Assembly: GCA_031426555.1 (NCBI GenBank)
Contig: JANPLN010000037.1
Location: forward strand, 1 to 23,765
Reading direction: 5' to 3'
DNA: 23,765 nt
Origin: Bdellovibrionales bacterium
GTDB lineage: Bacteria > Bdellovibrionota > Bdellovibrionia > Bdellovibrionales > JAGQZY01
The notes below the pieces were generated by a model. The model made no database searches and was not told the origin of the DNA. It was given only the letters and a program-made list of their open reading frames with translations. Positions 1 through 7,278 of this stretch are shown here, in pieces. Within the stretch, counting starts at the first letter, position 1, and every line of letters begins with the position of its first letter. Both the position numbers and the translations under genes were made by a program.

Positions 1-293
1 TCGGGTTTACCTGGCGAAACGAAGCCTTGGCTTACAAACGACTGGGCCGAGGTTAAATCAAAAGACGAAAATGCAGCCGAACCCCCAGCACTGTGACAGG
101 TTAAACATTTTGCAGCGAGGACAGATTTTGCAGCCATGAAGGCCGGTGTGTCCTGCGACGAGGCAAGGTTCGAAGAGTCAAGAGACGCCATCTTCGTGGG
201 AGCACAGTTCTGAGCTACAAATATCGACATAGTCACACCCGTGAGGAGATGCCACTGCTTAAAACGTTTTAGAAGTAAGTAAATCTTTTTCAT
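1..293 (-). CDS. Partial (runs off window) lipoprotein c-type cytochrome, planctomycete-cytochrome-like; probable partner of the DUF1552 gene
   Basis: Not in ORF track. Hand translation from ATG at 293: MKKIYLLLKRFKQWHLLTGVTMSIFVAQNCAPTK...AAKCLTCHSAGG...GFVSPGKP. It has an AQNC lipoprotein-type signal, a CxxCH heme motif and an SD-like AAGGTG, and starts 8 nt after the DUF1552 stop. Confidence 0.75.
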   Translation of the reverse strand, partial: MKKIYLLLKRFKQWHLLTGVTMSIFVAQNCAPTKMASLDSSNLASSQDTPAFMAAKSVLAAKCLTCHSAGGSAAFSSFDLTSAQSFVSQGFVSPGKP

Positions 294-301
294 ATTCACC
301 T

Positions 302-1948
302 TTACGTCCCGTTCACGGCTGGCAAGGTGAGCGGATGTTTGTAATGGCCATAAAAGCGTTTCGCAAATGTTTTGTAATCATTGGCTCCAAAAGATGATTT
401 GGAAGTGTGACCAAACCCACCGATCGTTCCGAGATTTAAGTTGTGAGCGCCGTAAACCGGGTTCGTGAGATTTGAAAGTGGTGTGTTTAAACTTGGATTT
501 TCATAATCGCTCGGCGACAGTCCCAACCCCTGCAAATAGGTAATGAGCAAGCGATTGTAGAAGGTGCCGGTGTAAAGATGCGAAGATGAGATATCGCTAG
601 TGGGTTTTAAATCAGCTGGTAAAATCCCGTTGTAGTTAACGTAGTCCATGAAGTAACCGGTTTTTATGGCACCACCCGCGTTGCCAAACATCATGGTGGG
701 GCGACTGTCAAATCTGTGTGTCATGCTATGCTCTGTGGAATAGTGCACGACCATGGTTTCGAGCAGAGACTTTCCCGTTGTGGGATCGGTGGCCGCGCTG
801 AGATTTTGCACGAGGGGAGCTACAAAATAACGAATGAATTCGGCATGGGTGTCTGCCATATGTTCATGATTTACTTTGCCGTTCACCACGTTGTAGGCGC
901 CGTGGGAGTGTCCTTGGTGAAAGCCACTTCCGTCCGTGGTGGTGTCGTATTTTGAAGAAGCTCCAATGGCCGTCGAAAATAACATGGTTCGTGAAAGGTC
1001 GCACATAAGGGTTGCTGTTATGAGATCGGCAAAATTTTTCAGCGATTGTCGGCCGTCAAAGTAGTGAGACGTCGTCGTTGAGGTTTTGTCGATATGCTTG
1101 TGAAAGCAACCAACTCGGACGATGGACGCATCCAAAGAGCGTTGCAGATCGGAAATTTTATCAAGAGCATTGTCGAGGACTATCTTGTCCAGCGAACTGA
1201 TTTGTCGTCCATTTTTCACCCGAGTATAGTCGTCCATGATACGCGTTAAAATATCTCGGCGAGGGTGTGGCGGTATTGATTCTCCCGATTCGGGATAGGC
1301 GCCACTGTTAAACACACTATTATAGGCTGATAACACACTTCTTGTTGTGGGGCCTGTAGCCACGATTTGCCCAGAGCTATCTCTTTGATAGCTGAGAGCA
1401 CCACCAGAGCTGCCATGATACCAAAAGTAGGATGGCCTTTTCAGGGGATTGAATTTAGAAGAGTTATTGAGAACCTGGTCCATACTAAGAATCTTAGGAA
1501 GATCGCTGTAAAGAGCTGCCTCATTGGCAGGACCATTCAACACCCCGAGTTGCGTAGACATGTTGTGACCAATCGTTGCGCGATGTGAGGCCATGCCTAA
1601 ATCCAAACCTCGAAAAATATTCATGTTGCGTAAGTACGGATTAAACTCCGGTCCAATCATGCGCGAAATTTGCGTTTTACTCCCTAAGTACGAATTCAAA
1701 TTTGTATAGTGAACGGGCTGATGAAATGGAATTGCCGGAGACAGCTGTTGAGCCGGCTTGTCTAAGCTCGGAAAAAAATGACTAATATGCCCAATATCGA
1801 AATTCGTCATCACGCCCACAAAGCGTTTTGCCGGAGTGACGGTTTGCGCCCAAGTCTCCCGTGGTAACAGCGACTGCAAAAAAGGAATCGCCAGACTGCT
1901 ACCGGTTCCCTGTAAAAACATTCTCCGCGACTTAGAATTGTAATTCAT
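302..1948 (-). CDS. DUF1552-family Tat-exported protein
   Basis: N-terminus SRRMFLQGTGSSLAIPFLQSLLP is the twin-arginine LxLPxLxSL signature. Also family-like segments ALMCDLSR, FHQGHSH, GNAGGAIKTG and NRLLITYLQGLG. Confidence 0.8.
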   Translation of the reverse strand: MNYNSKSRRMFLQGTGSSLAIPFLQSLLPRETWAQTVTPAKRFVGVMTNFDIGHISHFFPSLDKPAQQLSPAIPFHQPVHYTNLNSYLGSKTQISRMIGPEFNPYLRNMNIFRGLDLGMASHRATIGHNMSTQLGVLNGPANEAALYSDLPKILSMDQVLNNSSKFNPLKRPSYFWYHGSSGGALSYQRDSSGQIVATGPTTRSVLSAYNSVFNSGAYPESGESIPPHPRRDILTRIMDDYTRVKNGRQISSLDKIVLDNALDKISDLQRSLDASIVRVGCFHKHIDKTSTTTSHYFDGRQSLKNFADLITATLMCDLSRTMLFSTAIGASSKYDTTTDGSGFHQGHSHGAYNVVNGKVNHEHMADTHAEFIRYFVAPLVQNLSAATDPTTGKSLLETMVVHYSTEHSMTHRFDSRPTMMFGNAGGAIKTGYFMDYVNYNGILPADLKPTSDISSSHLYTGTFYNRLLITYLQGLGLSPSDYENPSLNTPLSNLTNPVYGAHNLNLGTIGGFGHTSKSSFGANDYKTFAKRFYGHYKHPLTLPAVNGT

Positions 1949-2102
1949 CCATGGACCCCGCTCTTAGAGAGTTCGGTTTCATGGCGATGTCTCTTGAGGT
2001 TTAAAAACTAAAACCACGGAATCTGTTTTACTTCGAGGCGAGTTGTGTCTCAAAAATGGAATCTTTTAGGATTGCGATCAACAGATCGTCTGAATATGAA
2101 TT

Positions 2103-2924
2103 TTATAGATTTTCGAAAAAAGCTTTCAGTTCAGCAGGGGCTTCGGGTCGCAGCTGCGATTTTAAAAACTCGATGACGTTTCGGTTGCCCAGGAGCGTGG
2201 CTTGCAGCTCGACCACTGAGTAAAAATTCACATCAGGTGAAAAGGTAAAGATCTGTTCAGTGCGAATAAGATCAGCGAGATAAAACTGAATGAAGGGATT
2301 AAAATGTTTACCTTTCATAGGAACTTTGAAGGTGTCCTCAATGGAGATAAAAAACAAACCCAGCATCGAACGTTCAACACTGTTTGCCAGTTCGTGGATA
2401 CGCAATGGATTTTCAAGAATGGTTTTTGCGGTAGGTGCGTAGAACCAATTATTTTGCATAGAAAGGTCGACAAAAGGGTCCCAGGGGATATTCGTGGCCA
2501 AAGCATCGTAAACCAGTACTACTTTGATGCGCAGATCTTTAATGTTTCCCACTAAAATGGTGGCAATAAACACAGTGTGATGCCCGTCGAGCAAAAAGAT
2601 TCTTCCCATGGGATCTCTCACGGCGGGGATTGGATCTTTGAGATCCGCGAAAACCGAGTTTTCTAAAGTTGTTCGTTCTTTTTTGCTGAGGGATTTCAGC
2701 TTCGAAAAGGGGTTAAGACCAGCGTCGCGGAGCGCTTTAAAAACGGAATACGCTTTTCCGATCAAAGTTTGTCCACCGTAGACTTGGTCATAGTTAACAG
2801 ACAAGATTTGTTGTTTCGATGCGAAAAGTTCACGGCACTGGAGTGCGCTCGCAGAAGAGCTGCAAAATATATTGGTCGCAACCAACATTAAAATTGCCAA
2901 AAACCGCAGGTTTAAAAAACGCAT
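2103..2924 (-). CDS. Secreted ParB/Srx-fold (ParBc_2-like) protein
   Basis: Signal peptide. Motifs PIPAVRDPMGRIFLLDGHH, W...M....W and PFIQFYLADLIR resemble the ParB-like nuclease family pattern. Confidence 0.6.
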   Translation of the reverse strand: MRFLNLRFLAILMLVATNIFCSSSASALQCRELFASKQQILSVNYDQVYGGQTLIGKAYSVFKALRDAGLNPFSKLKSLSKKERTTLENSVFADLKDPIPAVRDPMGRIFLLDGHHTVFIATILVGNIKDLRIKVVLVYDALATNIPWDPFVDLSMQNNWFYAPTAKTILENPLRIHELANSVERSMLGLFFISIEDTFKVPMKGKHFNPFIQFYLADLIRTEQIFTFSPDVNFYSVVELQATLLGNRNVIEFLKSQLRPEAPAELKAFFENL

Positions 2925-2989
2925 CGAAGCAGTTTGCCCGAAATGAGCTCATTCAAATGTCAGGATTTTATTAAGATAGTGAAAAAAGA

Positions 2990-3961
2990 CTAAAAATATT
3001 CCAGCAAACCCCCTAGTTTGGCTTCCACACCTGATTTTGTTTCCCAGGCCTGGAGCTCTTTCCAAAGTTCCTTGGTGTCCTCCTTCAGCTTTTTGACCTT
3101 AGAGTCCTTCCCTTTGTCCTCAAGAAGCAGAATTCTAGCCACCTGATCGCTGATCACACCATAGCGTCGAGTGATTTCTTGTAAGAAAGCCAAATCCTCG
3201 GGTTTCCAGCTCACAAGTTCTGGAAAATACATGGTTACTTTAACCAGGGTGCGAACGCGTTTTCGAAAGTCGTGGAAGACTTCGATATTGTCTGGATCCC
3301 GTGCGGGATTTGAAATTTGCCGAACGAGCGGCCACTCCTTTTGCGCATGCAAAAGTAAGTCTTTCAGAAGCAAGTGGAGGTTGGCGTGGGCCGTGGCCTG
3401 TGCCAATGGGCGAAGCTCGGTGGCGCCCCAATAGAACGACGACAAATCGCCACGGTCGCGGTCTACCAGCGCGGTGCCATCGATGGAATTTAAGTAAGCA
3501 AGGTATTAGTCCTCTCGAGCTAAAAATTGATCGCGCCATTGCAAAAGGTCTTCTCGTCTCTTTTTGACGTCTTGTTTATCGTAATCAATATCCAGCTCCG
3601 ATTTTCCCTGGATATCAAAAAGGTCTTTATAGGCTCCCAAAACTTCGTACCCTACATCGAGGTCCCGTCGGAGGCGCTCAAACGCGTCCTTTTTATCAAT
3701 CTTTGCCTCTGGCATGGCGTAAGCAAAAATATCCAGGTAGTCGCGAATCTTTAAGACTTCTTTGCGCAGATCCAAGGGCTTTTTAACCTGATGGGGAAGA
3801 GTTTTGCTGCCGATGGATCGTAAATGCGGCACCATCTGCTCGAACGAAATGGGAATCAGCTGTTGAGCCGCCTCACTATAAGTCAGAGAGTCGAGTTGCA
3901 CCGCGGGTGTTTGTGCGCTGGCAAAAAACGAAAAGCAGGCGAGGGCGTTCATCAATTTCAT
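2990..3961 (-). pseudogene. CHAD-domain-like protein with signal peptide, interrupted by an in-frame TAA at 3506-3508
   Basis: ORFs 3506..3961 and 2990..3445 share one frame: ...LARED*YLAYLNSIDGTALVDRDRGDLSSFYWGA... Both halves carry CHAD-type repeats (DLRKEVLKIR...LGAYKDL; HDFRKRVRTL...YGVISD). Confidence 0.7.
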
Positions 3962-3987
3962 GCGGGCGAAGATAAATGATTCAGAAT

Positions 3988-6021
3988 CTAATTGATATTT
4001 AAAAGCTCGCGCGGGAAGTTTTTATACTCATCGCCATATTTCAGCTTTTTATAAATGATAAAATTACGCATCACCAGCTTTACATAGGCCTTGGTTTCCT
4101 CGTAGGGGATGTCTTCGATAAACATGATGTCGTCGTTTTGGTTTTCCACCGAGCGCTTGTGCCAGTTTCGCACAGCCGAGGACGAGGCATTGTACGAAGC
4201 CACGTACAAACTAAATTTGTTATCGAAGGATTTCATTTGTTTTTTAAGAAGTTGCGAGCCCAGCAGAATATTTTTGCTCTCGTCGTAAAGATCTTCGTAA
4301 TTTGTAAAAGGAACTTTGATTTCCCGAGCCACGCGGCGAGCCACTTCGGGTAGGAGTTGCAATAGTCCAAAGGCATCCATGGGGCTTCGCGCCTCTGGAT
4401 TGAACGACGATTCCTGGCGCATGATCGAATACACCAGCTCTTGCTCCACGCCCGTCTTATCAAAGGCATCTTTCATTTCGGTCACATAAACTTCGGGAAA
4501 AAGGATCCGCGGGATCTGCGAAAAAACTTCTTTTTGCAGGTTATAAGGCAATTGGTTGAAAACCGAAAAAATATACCGGTAGTCTTTGATCTTTGCATAA
4601 AGGGAGAAAAGACTGGAAACCTTTTGCGCGTCCATTGTTTTAAGTTTACCGGCATCGGGACTGTTCATGGCAAGTAAGCGTGTCGCAAGATCGATCTCGT
4701 CCACCTGTTGAAGAGCATCAAAGATCTTTTCGTCTTCCGATGGTAAAACAGTTTCCGGTTTAAAGTCGGGTACCACGTAGCTTTTTAAAGGCTTTTGCAA
4801 TTGGAAGTGGGAAATCAGTGTGTAGTAGCCAAACATATCTTCATCACAAATTTGCTGCCAGGTTTTCTGTGCAACCTCAGTTGCTCCCCTGCGATTTTCG
4901 GCTTCGGCACGCCAGTACAAATATTTAAATTTGCCAAACGGTGTGGTTTCAGCGTTCTCGATCATCGTGTTCAAATGCTTTTCAGCTTCGACGAATTTTT
5001 TTTCTTTAAAGTACGACCATGCGAGGGTCCATAATATTTTTTCACGGTCGCGCCACAGCGTAGATTTTTCGAGAAGCGCTTTTTCCAGTTCGCCCACAGA
5101 AAGCGAATGCAGCTTTTTTTCTTCGAACATTCGTGCGCGCAACCAATATATATCGTGCAGACTGATTTTGCCTTTTAAAACCTTTTCCGTAGCGTCGAGC
5201 ACGGGAAGGGCGGGTTCTGTCCCGCGCTCGGTCCAAAGGACGCGAGCGTAGTTGATCTGCGCTTCGAGGTACGATTGCATAAACGCTGGCGAGGAGAGCA
5301 TCTCGGGTTTTAAAAACTGCGCCCATTTTTTTGCGGCTTGGATATATTGATCTGTCTTAGAACCTTTCAGCAGGCGGTCGGTGAGGAAGGCCTCTTTGTA
5401 GGCGGTCCACTTTTCGTCGATGGTCACTTTGGGGTTATCAATGATTTTTTTAAGGTAGGACTTGGCCTTATCGAACTGGCGCACAGAGCGGTAGTCTTTT
5501 ACGATACGAAACTGATCCTTGATCGTGGGTTTTTCCATAAACCGCGGCGCAAGATTGTACAGAGCTGTTTTTAAAATAATTTTGTCTTCGTCCTTACTAT
5601 CAGGACTTGCGATTCCTTTTTGGTAAATTTGAATTTTATCGGGTGACGAAAAATAAGTAGAATTTTTTTCTACAAACAGAGCGCGCTCAAGATCGGTTTT
5701 TAAATTGTTGTAGTGCGTGAGTTGTTTTTCTTTTTCGAGCCACACCGGCACAGGTTTTGACCAGTCTGTGGTTTCGGTCACTACGCAGGTCTGAAGTGAG
5801 CGAACATAAGCAGCGTCTTTTAAAATAAATTTTTCGCGGTTGGTGAGTGAAGTGTAAAGCTCACAGGCCTTTTCGGGCTCGGTGCTCGTTAGAAGTTTCG
5901 CTTTGGTATAATCAACGAGATCCGCAGTTTCCGGAGCAAGTTTAGGATGTGACGAGCAGGAGCAAAAAAGAACGACTCCTGCGGTTAAAAAACGAGAATA
6001 GAAAGTCGAGAAAAAAGACAT
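3988..6021 (-). CDS. slt: Soluble lytic transglycosylase (Slt70-like), lipoprotein with TPR-like helical N-region
   Basis: C-terminal SLT motifs IMRQESSF (catalytic Glu), GLLQL, SYNA and IPYEETKAYV. Lipobox-like LFCSC. Confidence 0.9.
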   Translation of the reverse strand: MSFFSTFYSRFLTAGVVLFCSCSSHPKLAPETADLVDYTKAKLLTSTEPEKACELYTSLTNREKFILKDAAYVRSLQTCVVTETTDWSKPVPVWLEKEKQLTHYNNLKTDLERALFVEKNSTYFSSPDKIQIYQKGIASPDSKDEDKIILKTALYNLAPRFMEKPTIKDQFRIVKDYRSVRQFDKAKSYLKKIIDNPKVTIDEKWTAYKEAFLTDRLLKGSKTDQYIQAAKKWAQFLKPEMLSSPAFMQSYLEAQINYARVLWTERGTEPALPVLDATEKVLKGKISLHDIYWLRARMFEEKKLHSLSVGELEKALLEKSTLWRDREKILWTLAWSYFKEKKFVEAEKHLNTMIENAETTPFGKFKYLYWRAEAENRRGATEVAQKTWQQICDEDMFGYYTLISHFQLQKPLKSYVVPDFKPETVLPSEDEKIFDALQQVDEIDLATRLLAMNSPDAGKLKTMDAQKVSSLFSLYAKIKDYRYIFSVFNQLPYNLQKEVFSQIPRILFPEVYVTEMKDAFDKTGVEQELVYSIMRQESSFNPEARSPMDAFGLLQLLPEVARRVAREIKVPFTNYEDLYDESKNILLGSQLLKKQMKSFDNKFSLYVASYNASSSAVRNWHKRSVENQNDDIMFIEDIPYEETKAYVKLVMRNFIIYKKLKYGDEYKNFPRELLNIN

Positions 6022-6041
6022 AAACCAAGTCTATGTCTTTT
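6011..6041 (-). terminator. Intrinsic terminator of htpX overlapping the slt start codon
   Basis: Minus strand reads AAAAGACATAGAC-TTG-GTTTATGTCTTTTTT immediately at the htpX stop: a hairpin followed by a U-run. Confidence 0.55.
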
Positions 6042-6960
6042 ACTGGGCCTGTTGCAACTTTTGAATACGAACTTCCAGTGCGGGATGGGTGCTAAACAGC
6101 GACAGAAGTCCCGTGCCACGAATGTGAGAGATCTTGGCCACGGCATAGGTGTCGTTGGGCTCTTCGTTCTCCGTGGCGCGCAAATGTCGTCCGCTCTGGG
6201 CCTGAAGCGCCTGAAGCGCCGAAATCATTTTTCCCTTGCCGGCAAAATTGGCTCCACCCTTGTCTGCACGAAATTCACGCATGCGAGAAAAGTAACAAAC
6301 CACGATGTTGCCTAGGAGGCCAAAGACAGTTTGGAACAACATGATCAACATAAACTCAGACCCACTGGAGCCCCGACGGTTGTCGTCGTTGGATGATCCA
6401 GCGATGACCGACGCCAAAATGCGCGAGAAGAAAATCACAAAAGAGTTCACCACGCCTTGAATCAAAGTAAGAGCCACCATGTCGCCATTGGCAATGTGCG
6501 CCACTTCGTGGGCAAGGACGCCTTCCACTTGATCGCGGTTCATCGTATTTAACAAACCTGTTGAAACAGCAACCAGCGAATTGGATTTGGACGGGCCCGT
6601 GGCAAAAGCATTCACGTCAGCGCTTTCGTAAATTCCCACTTCAGGCATGCCAGGAAGGTGTGCCGCGCGGGCCAGGCGATGAACGGTTTCTAAAATCTCA
6701 CGCTCTTGACCTTGAGAGGATTGAGGATCAATCATTTTTAAGCCCATGGATCTTTTCGCCATGAATTTAGAAATCATTAAAGAGATAAACGCTCCACCTG
6801 TTCCCCACACGCAGCTCATAAGAAGGAGCGGCATGTAGCCCGTCGACGGTGTTGCCGATCCGAAAACAAAATAACTGATAATAGAAGCGATCACAGACAC
6901 TGTGAGCATCACGAAAATATTTACCAACCCAAAGAAAAACGCTCCACGCATAAAACCCAT
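6040..6960 (-). CDS. htpX: Membrane zinc metalloprotease HtpX (M48)
   Basis: Motifs NAFATG, HEVAH zinc site, FSRMREFRAD and THP. Start moved to ATG 6960, which has a GGAGG SD. Confidence 0.95.
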   Translation of the reverse strand: MGFMRGAFFFGLVNIFVMLTVSVIASIISYFVFGSATPSTGYMPLLLMSCVWGTGGAFISLMISKFMAKRSMGLKMIDPQSSQGQEREILETVHRLARAAHLPGMPEVGIYESADVNAFATGPSKSNSLVAVSTGLLNTMNRDQVEGVLAHEVAHIANGDMVALTLIQGVVNSFVIFFSRILASVIAGSSNDDNRRGSSGSEFMLIMLFQTVFGLLGNIVVCYFSRMREFRADKGGANFAGKGKMISALQALQAQSGRHLRATENEEPNDTYAVAKISHIRGTGLLSLFSTHPALEVRIQKLQQAQ

Positions 6961-7002
6961 AGAACCTCCGTTAAGAGATATTATGAGCATTGCCGGGATA
7001 AC

Positions 7003-7202
7003 AGCAAGGTACGGACACACTTTTGGGACTCATTGCATAAATTTTTATCTAAATTAGGGAAGGCTTCTTTTTAAGACACGTCCATCCTTGGACTCGCTCG
7101 CAGCTCGAAACATCCTGTTTGCGAGAGGTCTTAAAAAGAAGCCTTCCCTAATTTAGATAAAAATTTATGCAATGAGTCCCAAAAGTGTGTCCTTACCTTG
7201 CT
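7003..7202. repeat. 200-bp near-perfect palindrome (REPIN/MITE-like)
   Basis: Arms 7003-7077 and 7128-7202 are reverse complements at 74/75 positions. The 50-bp spacer contains two small hairpins, and the arms start with AGCAAGGTA(C/A)GG. Confidence 0.95.
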
Positions 7203-7212
7203 TCTTCTTTGT

Positions 7213-7278
7213 GGGCACGGAGCGAGCTATGCTCGCGAACGAGCACCGAAGGCGCCTTGCCCCTTGCCGTACCTTGCT
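7213..7278 (-). repeat. REP-like structured repeat, copy B
   Basis: Reverse complement AGCAAGGTACGGCAAGGGGCAAGGCGCCTTCGGTGCTCGTTCGCGAGCATAGCTCGCTCCGTGCCC aligns with 15377-15443. Confidence 0.85.

Noticed and set aside
6961..7020. N-terminal extensions in the ORF track (htpX, clpS, SDR, patatin, both beta-barrel genes)
   Set aside because: The extensions run through promoters, repeats or neighbouring genes. Downstream starts fit the SD/promoter positions and family N-termini better.
7003..7278. CRISPR array or tRNA-like gene
   Set aside because: There are no direct repeats with unique spacers and no cas genes. There is also no cloverleaf, T-loop or CCA end. The pattern is inverted repeats.
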